Below the pieces are notes generated by a model. That model made no database searches, was not told where the DNA came from, and was given only the letters and a program-made list of their open reading frames with translations. DNA of 64,000 nt, taken from contig CM119263.1 of the NCBI GenBank assembly GCA_051294375.1, forward strand, positions 9,664,432 to 9,728,431. Reading direction: 5' to 3'. The translations under genes were made by a program, and so were the position numbers. This document shows, in pieces, positions 37,534 through 48,043 of the stretch (position 1 is its first letter; each line of letters begins with the position of its first letter). The DNA is from Paraspadella gotoi. Its lineage: Eukaryota > Animalia > Chaetognatha.

Positions 37534-38686
37534 TCAGTAATCCTCGAGCAGCGCCTCAATGAGCTCCTCGTATTCGATTTCGTCGTCGGCGCTGACTTCA
37601 CCGTAGCCTGTGAAGGAGTATATAAATTGCATATATATTTTATTCAGTTATTCACGTTCATTTACTTGCTTCTTTTCTTTATCAAGCAGTTTTATATTCT
37701 TAGCAGACCTTAGATAAATCTCTTGATAACCATTCAAGCTTCAATCCTCTCTTAATCTATTCAGTCATTATTGCCTCCGTAAATCGCGACGGGGATCGAT
37801 GGGTCAGCCATCTATTGGGGGCGATGTTCTTTTTTTTTTCTCTGAGATTAATTAATCGATTCGTTTTTCGACAGATTTCGTTATGTTCTCGGGCGCCGAT
37901 CGTAAATCGCTAACGCAAAGAACAACAACGACAACAACGATCGAGCCAAACATAAATATAGAGAGAAAGACGTCAACGCCATAAAAAAAAAAAATTTAAA
38001 AGATTGCCAGGAAATAGACGCAAAAGGAAAAAAAAAACAAAGTACCGCTAAATCTAAAGACTAAAGAGACGATTTTTGTTTTAAAGAATATAAAATAAAA
38101 TTTTAAAAAATCTAACCTCGAAATTAAATCCATAACAATTTAAAATAAAATCATACCGCACAACGCTAAAACGAAAAATAAAGTCCAACCCTCTCCTTTT
38201 TCATATATTTGGGCATTAAAACATAAAACATAAAAAATTGAATTTTTGATTTTCACGTGAGAATCAGGAAGCGAAAAAAAATTGATATCTCATTTTTCTA
38301 AATTTTTAATTTTTTCACTCACTCACTCATCCCCGGACTCGATCGGACCCCAAAGTGATTTATCACCTCGAATAGAGAAAAAAGTTGATCCGGAAAAAAA
38401 AAAATTTTCGAGCGAAAAACGGATCGTGTTTCGCTTTTGGGTCTATGGAGTATAGAGCCACGTGAATGGCTGAATGGGAAGGTTTTTTAATTTTTTTTCC
38501 CCCTTTGTTGCTTAATGAGAAAGAAAAAAAAAAGAGAGATAGACAAAGAAGGATAGATGGACGGACGGTCAGGGAGAGTGGGAAAGGACAGAAAGATGAA
38601 GGATCCTGTTTCTCACGCTTAGAATATCACGACTTTACCTGAGTGATAATCATGCTCCAATGTTAAACTCTTACGGCGTGAGAGAG

Positions 38687-38760
<74 letters not shown>

Positions 38761-39765
38761 ACACACACACCAATCTTCCCTAACCCAAATCGTCAAGCAG
38801 CTCGTCCACTTCGTGCTTGTTGATCGTCTCCCCGACTCTGGTCAAAATTCTCGTCAGATGGCGCCGTTTGATGCGACCGACGCCGGCGTCGTCGTAGATC
38901 GTGAAGGCGCCGAGAATGGCGGCGCGCTCGGCGTCGGCGCGATCGTCTTTGATGTTTTTGATGTGATTCGCCATCGAAGTCAAAAAAGTTCCGAAATCGA
39001 TTTTTGCAGATGGCGCTTCGGCGAGGATCTCTGCAACGGATGTGCGAGTGGTTAAGTGTGGAGAGAAGGATTTGCAAATTTTCAAAAAGAGTCAGGGTTT
39101 CAATAATGACTATAATTTTCATTTGGGAGCGAGTACTGCAAAAAATCACTATCTTGATAATTTTTTTCTCGTGGGTGGTGAAATTCTAATAAGAGTCTAA
39201 CTAGTGACTTGACGTCTCTCACCCGCGATGTGACGCTCCGTCAACCCGAGTCCGCACGCGCGAATCACCGTCGCGGTTTGGTGAAGCGTCAGTTTTCCGT
39301 CGTAGTCGTGGTCGAACAAAGAAAATGCCTAGCGGCGAAATCGCAAAGCTTAACATGTAAAACAAAAGGTAATTGACAGAAACCAAAAAAAATGATAAGA
39401 AATAAATTTTTATAAAAATTTATATATTAAATACACTTTTTAATATATGATGAATTTGGCATTACATAGAAATAAATCGGATAACTATAAATAAAAAAAA
39501 AACAACAAAGAAACAAGACAACAAAACAGCAAAAGTTTTGAAGGAGGAACCTCTTGTAGTTTTAGAATCGTTCTTTCGTTTAATCTCGGTTTCGGTTCCT
39601 CGTTTTTCGTCCGCTCCACTTCGACCTGATGGTGGTTTTTTGAGGTGATTTGACGACGACAACAACGACAATTCAATCAACAACAACTTTCACCTCGTCA
39701 ACGATCTCTGGGGTAGAAAATGAGCTCTCTTGATTCCCCGTCGTCTTTCGTTCTTTTTCCACCAT
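37534..39765 (-). CDS. Calmodulin-like EF-hand protein (CALML4/myosin-light-chain-like), ~166 aa, 4 exons
   Basis: Phase-consistent exons 39765-39694, 39328-39223, 39030-38785 and 37607-37534 give MVEK...EIVDE|AFSLFDHDYDGKLTLHQTATVIRACG...IDFGTFLTSMANHIK...ILGAFTIYDDAGVGRIKRRHLTRILTRVGETINKHEVDELLDDL|GYGEVSADDEIEYEELIEALLEDY*. Confidence 0.88.
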
Positions 39766-40359
39766 GTCTCTACTCTGTCGTCTAATCTCTAATGTCTAAC
39801 GTCTATGATCCTACGCAAGAATAAAAATTTAAATATTTCCTGTTGTCCAATGCTAAAACTCTTTCTCGGGGGAACCAAATTGTCTAGAGCTTCTCGGAAT
39901 CATTCGATTCTTCGTTTAAACGAAATGATTTATCGTTGATTTTTATAGGATTTATTGTATTTACATGTAGCCATGAAAATCGGTGATTAATTTACTGAAT
40001 ACAAATTTAATTGTGCCAGACGTAAAACTTTGAGAGAGAGAAAAAAAGGACGAAAATCACAGTTTCGATAAAGGTAACACGTAAAAATATTGCACTTGAA
40101 ACGTGGTCATGGGTCAATGGGCAATGTTCAATTTTCATGATAGGTGAACTGGTCTTTGATAATAAATACTTTTGATACAGTTTATGAATTTTTTTTTTTA
40201 AATGACCATCGAATCTCAATTTGTAAAATAAATTATTTTTGTGCGAATAGAAAATTTAAAATGGGTGGATAAATTCTCGTCAAGCATTGTCTCTTTATAT
40301 TCGTTTACGCTGTCCCGTCGCAGCAAAGAGTAAGACCTCTCCCTCGACAGTCAACACCT

Positions 40360-43300
40360 TCACCTCCTCGGACCTTCCATAACCAACAACTCCATATGAT
40401 CCTTCCTCCGATTCTTAAACGACTCCGCGATAACTCTGCAAGCCTCGCGGTGCTCCAATCCGCGAAGCGACTTTCCGTCCACATCGAGGATCACGTGACC
40501 AACTTTGAGAGGCTCCACGGCGGCGCTGGAGGGCGGGACGGCGGCGCACCCACCCGATTGGATGCTTATGACGCGGGGTAAGGGTTGACGCGTATTAGCG
40601 CCGCCCTCGATGGCGATGCCTAGTTTCGGGCGCGATTTGCGTATCTGAACGACGGTGGTTAGGGCGGCGTCGTTTGACGCTAGAGGCGCGTTAGAATGAT
40701 CTGGACGCCGCTGCCTAGCGGCGCCGTTAACCGGGACAGAAGTTGTGACGCCGCTCGCTGACGCTGGATTTCTTTCTTCCCCCGGACGAACGCCGGGAGC
40801 AATTGAGACGGATTTCGGCGTCGTTTGACGAGAGTTTGGAGAGGCGTGGCCGACGCCGTGAAAAGAACGAGTCATAGATTCAATTGAAGGGCGCCTTTGA
40901 GCCAGAGGCTTCGGACGCTTGATGGAATCGCGTCCGCTCGAAGAGCCAGCGCGAGCGCCGCCATTTCGCGCGTCGAGTCTGATCTGCGTCGACGGAGGCG
41001 GAGGCGGCGCCGCAGGAGGATCCAAGACTCGAGAGGAAACGTTAACTGAGGTGCGGTATTTCCCGTGGTTTAGGCCGCTCGCCGTCGATGACGCCGCTTC
41101 ATAAATTTGGTTTCTTTTGACGCTCTCGATCGACGCCGTCGGCGTTCCGGCGTCGGATTCGTCCGAGTCTCGCCCCCGACGTGGACGCTTCAGTTCCGTG
41201 TTGTCGGAGTCGACGGCGCCGTACCGTTCCAAATGAGCGTTGACACGCGCCGCTAGTTCTTTCTTTTTGAGACTGACGCCAAACAGTTTTTCCTCGAGCA
41301 TCGCCTGCGTGCGCTGAAACTTTGTAATCGGCGCCGCGCGAGGGGGAGACAACGATGTGGGCGCCACGACGGAATCCTCGAACGGGCGAGTAAAAACCGG
41401 CGCCGTCGATGGCTCCACCTCAGGCGACGGTGGCGGCGGTTCAGCGGGCGGCGGCGGAAAGCTCCATGCCGGTTTGGGCGGCGCTCGCGGCGGTGGAGCC
41501 GACGGCGCATTGGCGGCGATCACCGCCTCGAACCCGTGAGGCGGACTGTGATGCCCGTTGGTGTCGACGCCCGAGTCATCACTGTAGCTGATCCTTGTCT
41601 TGCTGCGCGACCGCTCGTCGCCGCTATCGTGAATCTCCGCCCTCACCGTCAAGTCATTCATCGAGCTGGCTGCGCTGCCGTTGCCGCGCTGCGTTCCCGG
41701 TCGCCCGCTGCCCTGCGCTGTCTGGCTGAGCCTCGTGTCGACGTCGCGCTGCGGGATCGGAGGCTTTTTCGACGACGACGATGACGACGCTGACAACGCG
41801 GACTGAATACGGACCCGCTTTTGCAGATCACGTCGGCGTCGCTCGCTTCCGTCGCGAGAGGATTCCGACGATAGATCCGGCGTCGGGTGGCGCTCTTTGG
41901 CGCCGACGAAAGCCGATGTCTTTTTCAGGATGGGGCTGTATCCCTCGACCGAGTCTCGAGGCGATGAGCTGCTCCACGGCCGACTGCTGGTCTTCGAAGA
42001 CAATGAACTGCCGACGCCGAAGGACATCTCCGAGTCGTCCCGCGCCCGCAACAGCTCCACCTCGCGCCGCAGAACCATGGCGTCGAACTTGTCAACGTCT
42101 TGCGGCGCCAGGACGCCACGAATTTCAGAAGTGATATAAAATTTTTCGCAAGAGTTGCAGAGTTCGAGCACGGCCGTCGCGAGGTAGTCCACGCGAATTC
42201 GTCGGCTTAGATATTCGTCCAAATAATAATTAAGAGTCTGACGCTCTTCTTTTGACAGCCGGGCGTGGGGTATGTTGTTATCTCTGGGAGGGTGGGGGGC
42301 GAGAATCGTGCCGCGAGGATCCATCGCTAAATTTAACTGAGACCCGACGCCGCGACGGAAAATTGACCCGGACTCCTGTTCGTCTATAGCGGCGTCGTTT
42401 TGAATACCATCGTTGAACCCCATGATAACGGGCGATGATCGAGGTCGGGAGAGGCGAGAGTTGGCGGCGCCACGAGGTTGTTTTGACGACCCCGCTGCCT
42501 CATTATCGCTGAGAAACTCGAACGATTTCTTGTTGCTCTTTTGCTTTTTCTGTTTTCTCTTCAACTTGAGTGAAGAGGGCGTGGGTAGCCGTGCCGCAAG
42601 ATGGGACAGCTGCGTAAGTGGAGAAGCCGATCTCGTCCTGCGGTTTTCCGGCTGCTGTTTTTGTTGTTGCTCCTGACGTGCGATAGCCGCGGCTGCTGCA
42701 GAGGCCGAACTGTCGAGAGACGATGTGGAAGCATGCGAGATGCTGTTTTGTTGCGATGATCTCGTCATTTCTCTGCTGCGACGAGACTCTTGAGGCGAGG
42801 CGACAACTTGAGGCTGATCTCCCTTGATCCGTCCTTGTGGCAGACATCCGACAGACTTGATCGTCAGCACCAAGGGCCCGTCGTTTTTCTTGAGGTGTTC
42901 GCAAGCATCGGCGTGCGTGATGTCTAGGAAAGAATATGTTCCAGCGTCGAGAATTTGCTCGCCGACGCTGAGCCCGGCGTCCTCGGCTAGTGAACCATTG
43001 TCGACGCGCGTGATATAAACACCGAGTCCGTATTCTTTGCCTCCGCGGATCATGAGCCCCAGCGGACGACCCGCTTCGCTCATCAGCTCTACTCGTCGCT
43101 CGTCCTTCTCCAAGAGACGCATCTCCGTCCCAACGTAGCGTCCTTCTTTCGTGACTTCGAGCGGCGGGTGACGCGGTTTGCCTTCCGCGTCGGCCCAGAC
43201 ATAACCCTTATGAGTTTCGAAGGAACCGGGGATTTGACCCGCCCGTTGTATTTGCATGACGAGAGGGCAAGCGTGTTTCATTATGTTGACTGCCTCTTCG

Positions 43301-44175
43301 ATGGTGATCAGTTCGAAGGGGATGTCGTTTGCGGAGATGATTTGGTCTCCGGCGACGAGCCCTTGGGACTCGGCGTGAGAGCCCACGTCCACTTGAGTGA
43401 CGTAAATACCGATACCCTGCTGCCGCCCGCCACGGACGCTAAATCCTAGAGCGAGGTGGACCTGTTCTGGGCGTGGCTTCAGCACCACCGTGCGGAGCGG
43501 AACTTCGAGGAGCGAGAGGGAGCTCCAAGAGGAGACTCTCCTCAAGGATCCCATCGGAGGAGATCTCAGGGAGTTTGTGGAGGAAGCAATGGAGGAGGCG
43601 TTGGAGCCGCGACGTCGTAACGGGGCTTGGGGAGACGAGGGATTGGAAGCGGCGCGCGGACGATCGACCACAGGTGACTCCAAAACCGACGACGATGCTT
43701 CTCCGTCGCCCCTTCCGTCCGCAAGCGTCCACTGATCGCCGCTTCCACTCTTTAGATTCGGCGTGGAAAAAGTTCTTGCGTGGCCGCCGACGGCGCCGCC
43801 AAACACGGCGTTAAAATTGGGTCCAAGAAGAATCTGGCAACATTGGTCGTAATGTTCCACCTCGCCCTGTGGAACGACGGATCTCAAAAGAAAAAACAGC
43901 CTCCGTTTTGAGGGCGTGTCCAGCAACTGCTTGAGCTGCTGCACTAATTGAAAGGAGTCTTTTTGCAGATGGTAGTCGTTGAGGCAACGGACAAAAACGT
44001 CACGTTCGCGTGGGTTTAACGTCGATGTGACGGCTTCGTGCAACAGACGCACTCCGGAAGAAACGTTCATACGCCATTTGGTGGACCCGGGGTTGGCCGC
44101 TCCTTGGCGCAAGGGTGTCGATTGCGGGGAACCCTGGTAGCGACCGAATCCCGCGCTACGAGATCGAACCAACAT
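40360..44175 (-). CDS. WHRN: Whirlin (WHRN/PDZD7 family), 1271 aa, single coding exon
   Basis: Uninterrupted ORF with harmonin-homology domain 1 (VRLLHEAVTSTL...LLDTPSKRRLFFLLRSVVP), PDZ1 (LGFSVRGG), PDZ2 (LGLMIRGGKEYGLGVYIT), HHD2 (ERQTLNYYLDEY...EIRGVLAPQDVDKFD), a proline-rich region and PDZ3 (LGIAIEGGANTRQPLPRV). Confidence 0.95.
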   Translation of the reverse strand: MLVRSRSAGFGRYQGSPQSTPLRQGAANPGSTKWRMNVSSGVRLLHEAVTSTLNPRERDVFVRCLNDYHLQKDSFQLVQQLKQLLDTPSKRRLFFLLRSVVPQGEVEHYDQCCQILLGPNFNAVFGGAVGGHARTFSTPNLKSGSGDQWTLADGRGDGEASSSVLESPVVDRPRAASNPSSPQAPLRRRGSNASSIASSTNSLRSPPMGSLRRVSSWSSLSLLEVPLRTVVLKPRPEQVHLALGFSVRGGRQQGIGIYVTQVDVGSHAESQGLVAGDQIISANDIPFELITIEEAVNIMKHACPLVMQIQRAGQIPGSFETHKGYVWADAEGKPRHPPLEVTKEGRYVGTEMRLLEKDERRVELMSEAGRPLGLMIRGGKEYGLGVYITRVDNGSLAEDAGLSVGEQILDAGTYSFLDITHADACEHLKKNDGPLVLTIKSVGCLPQGRIKGDQPQVVASPQESRRSREMTRSSQQNSISHASTSSLDSSASAAAAAIARQEQQQKQQPENRRTRSASPLTQLSHLAARLPTPSSLKLKRKQKKQKSNKKSFEFLSDNEAAGSSKQPRGAANSRLSRPRSSPVIMGFNDGIQNDAAIDEQESGSIFRRGVGSQLNLAMDPRGTILAPHPPRDNNIPHARLSKEERQTLNYYLDEYLSRRIRVDYLATAVLELCNSCEKFYITSEIRGVLAPQDVDKFDAMVLRREVELLRARDDSEMSFGVGSSLSSKTSSRPWSSSSPRDSVEGYSPILKKTSAFVGAKERHPTPDLSSESSRDGSERRRRDLQKRVRIQSALSASSSSSSKKPPIPQRDVDTRLSQTAQGSGRPGTQRGNGSAASSMNDLTVRAEIHDSGDERSRSKTRISYSDDSGVDTNGHHSPPHGFEAVIAANAPSAPPPRAPPKPAWSFPPPPAEPPPPSPEVEPSTAPVFTRPFEDSVVAPTSLSPPRAAPITKFQRTQAMLEEKLFGVSLKKKELAARVNAHLERYGAVDSDNTELKRPRRGRDSDESDAGTPTASIESVKRNQIYEAASSTASGLNHGKYRTSVNVSSRVLDPPAAPPPPPSTQIRLDARNGGARAGSSSGRDSIKRPKPLAQRRPSIESMTRSFHGVGHASPNSRQTTPKSVSIAPGVRPGEERNPASASGVTTSVPVNGAARQRRPDHSNAPLASNDAALTTVVQIRKSRPKLGIAIEGGANTRQPLPRVISIQSGGCAAVPPSSAAVEPLKVGHVILDVDGKSLRGLEHREACRVIAESFKNRRKDHMELLVMEGPRR

Positions 44176-45163
44176 GGTCGCTTGAAGTTTTCTGAGTTAG
44201 TTTGTCCGATTATATATTTCTCTCAATTTCGCAAAATTAAAATTTGATTGTAGGATGGGACGATATTGCAACATTTACGCATCGTCCATTTTGAATCTCA
44301 TAGAAACAGGAAGATATTTGCACGAAATCATTTGCGCACATTTGAACTCATTGATTGAGTTCACCCAAGCGCCTTTTCTTGACTCTCAGTGAAGATGCCG
44401 TCGTTAAATTATACGTGAAAGAATTCGGCGCGAAATTTGTGCGTCGATCGATGAAACTTGATCACCATCGTCTTCATTTTCTCCATTTTGTTTCCTTCGT
44501 TATCCCGAGGTGAGTTTCTAGTCACGCGACGACGACGACGACAATGGCGTCTCTCATGTACTTCTTTTCGTTTTTCTCTCCGGGTTTTCGTGTTTCCCTC
44601 CACCGAACAAAAATCATTCGATGTTCCCCAACGACCTTGCCTTAAATTCTTATGACTGGATTTGCCCATGGCACGCCTCCTTTCCCTCTTCCTCGTCGCA
44701 TCGCATGCCCGGACTCCCGTATTCTCTAGGATCATGACTATGAGGGAAGATATTGATGGATTGAAATTGGAATAATATCGATGTCGAAAAAAAGCGAATG
44801 TTTGCTCAATGCTCACGTTCATTCAAATATAATATTTTAGATTGTTTGAGGGTTCTCTAAGGAATTAATATTTAGTTTATAGGTTTAAATTGTATAAGTT
44901 TACGATGATGATGGAGCTGAATTTTTCCTAAATTTTAAAAGATTTCTCAATAGAATTTCTAATATAATTAAGCCATTTTTATAATTATCAAAATAAATTT
45001 TGACTGCTTGTCTCTTTTCGCAAGGAAAAAAAAATTAATATCGATAAATAAATTTTGTTTTTCTTCTAATTTTCATTACTAGATGGCAGTCGACTATGAT
45101 CATTGAACAATCGTTCTCAACTTCGACGAAAAACAAAAAGCATCCGTCTCTTCGCGAAACTAG

Positions 45164-45177
45164 GTTGCCACGGCGAC
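45164..45177. promoter_or_regulatory. RFX X-box upstream of DNAL1, in the divergent WHRN-DNAL1 intergenic region
   Basis: GTTGCC-AC-GGCGAC ends ~78 bp upstream of the DNAL1 ATG, the expected position for a ciliary gene. Confidence 0.7.
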
Positions 45178-45254
45178 CAAATTCAGCCGAATAAATCGTA
45201 AGCTTCTTTAATGAAAATTCTATTTTTTCAATTGTACTGTGAAAAAACTACGAT

Positions 45255-46166
45255 ATGTCGAAAGGTACAACAATAAAAGACGCGTTGCAAAAATGCGAAG
45301 AAAAGACGAATGTCAAATCCGCTGACTCTGTTGAGGTAATTTAAAGTGAAAGAAACGTCGTGAGGGTGAAAACTGAAAAGTAATTTTTTTTAAAAAAAAC
45401 GTTAATGAGCGTAATAAATGACCTTAATTTCTTAAAATAAGTTATTTGAACAATATATAGACACAGTGTCAACAATAAACCCAGGTAAAACTCTACGCCC
45501 AAATTCCGCCAATCGAAAAGATGGACGCGAGTCTGTCGACGCTGTTAGCCTGCGAGAGACTCTCGCTCTCGACGAACAGCATCGAGAAGATCGCGAACCT
45601 CAACGGCCTCAAGTCGCTGAAGGTGCTGTCGCTGGGGAGAAACAACATCAAGAGTTTGACGGGTCAGTTTTAAAGCGAAGATTCTAAGTATATGATTCGT
45701 GATTTACTGCTAATTTTGTTCTCCTTTCTTTCTATCAGGACTAGAAGCGGTGGGCGACACTTTGGAGGAACTCTGGATTTCCTATAACCTCATCGAAAAG
45801 TTGAAAGGAATCAACGTCCTCAAGAAACTCCGGGTTTGAAATTTGTTTTGTAATAGTTTATCACGCTGTCGGCGTCGCGCTTATATTTCAATCAAGTATT
45901 TCGTTGTCTTCCATCCCCTTTGCTTCCCTCAGATCCTCTACATGTCCAACAACCTCGTCAAGGATTGGGGCGAGTTCCAGAAATTGGCCGACCTCCCGGG
46001 ACTCGAAGACCTCCTGTTTGTGGGCAACCCGTTGGAGGAGAAGCACACGGCCGACGGGGATTGGCGAGAGCAGTCGGTCAAGCGGCTGCCGAAGCTCAAA
46101 AAATTAGACGGCGTGCCCGTCGTCAGGGAAGAGGCTGGCGACGACGAAGAGACGGCGCCATCTTAA
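45255..46166 (+). CDS. DNAL1: Dynein axonemal light chain 1 (outer-arm LRR light chain), 4 exons
   Basis: Exons 45255-45335, 45485-45662, 45739-45833 and 45933-46166 give [11 protein letters not shown]...[20 protein letters not shown]...[59 protein letters not shown]...[14 protein letters not shown]...[10 protein letters not shown]...LPKLKKLDG. Confidence 0.97.
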
Positions 46167-46847
46167 AACAGCTGTTCATTTGTTTTAAAATTTTTTTCGC
46201 CGATTTTTATTTCGCATAAAATGTCTCGCTCGTCGATTGTGTCTTGGTTTTTCGTGAATACAATCATAGTTAGTTGGCAACTTTAGCGTTTTAAAAAATA
46301 TTCAAAGATTTCTTTATTTAATCAGCAATGACGCATAACCTGCTTGTGTCGAATGAGTTTGAGATTCTATAATAAATAATAAAACAAATAACGATGATTG
46401 AAATGTACAAAACGTACGTATATAATACGCAGCACCAGAATAACGAACACAACAATAATAAAAAGTATATTTTTGAATCAAAAATCTCAAGTATGATGAA
46501 GACGATGATAATACTGAAACAAAAAAAATAATGTTGAGTGTTTTGTAAGATTGATCAAATCATTATGATTATCAATGTAAATCAGTCAAACGCTCTCAAA
46601 GCTTTTTTTTATAGCTTTTTAAAGCTTCCGCTGGAAATGGGATTAACAAAGAGAAAATATATTGATTTTAGAATATAGTGTAGCTTATTATATAGTCAAA
46701 AGTCAGATATGCTGACCTTGAAATCTCTAAATATGACGAATCAAAGTGCCAGAAAAAAAAATAAATAATTCTGATTTAAAAAGGATCGATTATATCGCGT
46801 TGGTATGGGACAATTAGACTTGGGCGGGTGGGGGGAAGGGGTGCGGC

Positions 46848-47946
46848 TCAAAACTTGAAGGATTTTCTGAGGATATTCATCTCGACGATCCCTTGCGGCA
46901 AACCCTTGAGGAATTGCCAGGCCTCCGGTCTCGTCATCCCCGTCAACTGACGCCCGTGGACGGACAGGATGATGTCGCCGACCTCGAGATCACCGCAACG
47001 ATCGGCGGCGCCGCCTGAAAATGACCAGAAGATGTCGTAAGAAAAGAAGCAAATATTGTCTTCAATCGTAAACAATAAGGCTTTGAGAAAGTCGCAGATC
47101 GAAATTCGAATAGTTGTTCATGAACAGTCTTGTACTAAAGAACATTGATACATATAAAAAAATGTTTTTTAGTTTCTCAATTTTCGCATAAGTCCAAATT
47201 TATACATAGAAAATGTTAAAATTTTTAAATAGTTTTTTTCTAAGTTTTGAAAGCAGATTCGATTTCTCTATAAAAAGTTGATAAAATAAAATATAAGTCT
47301 TAATCAAAAATTCTTTGATTAAGTTTGCTAAAAATATAAAAAAATATATTTTTTATACTAAATTAAATTATAAGTTAACTATAACAGTTTTTTAGGATTT
47401 TGACCCACTTAATGAAATAATTTTCTAAAAAAAATTATATTTCCTTATATCAACTTTTCGTGAGGAATTCGAATCTGCTTTCAAAAATGAGAAAAAAACA
47501 TTTTAAAATTTTAACATTTTCTATGAGAAAATTGAAAAATAAAAAATAAATTTTTTTTATTTAAAAATGTTCAGAGGTACAAGCTTGTTCATGATCTACT
47601 ATTCAAATTTTGATTCAACTTGATTTTAATATTTTTGCTACGCTTTAGTAAACTAGTACTAAATACTAATTTAGAAATACGTAACTCGCAGATAGAGAGA
47701 GACTGAAAAAGTCAGAAACGGACATCACAAACGACTCTTACCAACAAAGACCCTCTTAATGGCGATGGGCTGGTCGCCCATAGGCGAGTCCTTCCCGCCC
47801 TCAAGCGCCATCCCGAGACCGAAGACTCCCTTCTCCATCGTCACCGTCAACTCTTCCTCCACCGTCTCCAGATCCTTCAGCTTGGAATCGTCCGTCGACG
47901 GCGCGAGATCCGTGTCGCTCTGAAAGCGCACAGGGCAAATCATTCT

Positions 47947-48043
<97 letters not shown>

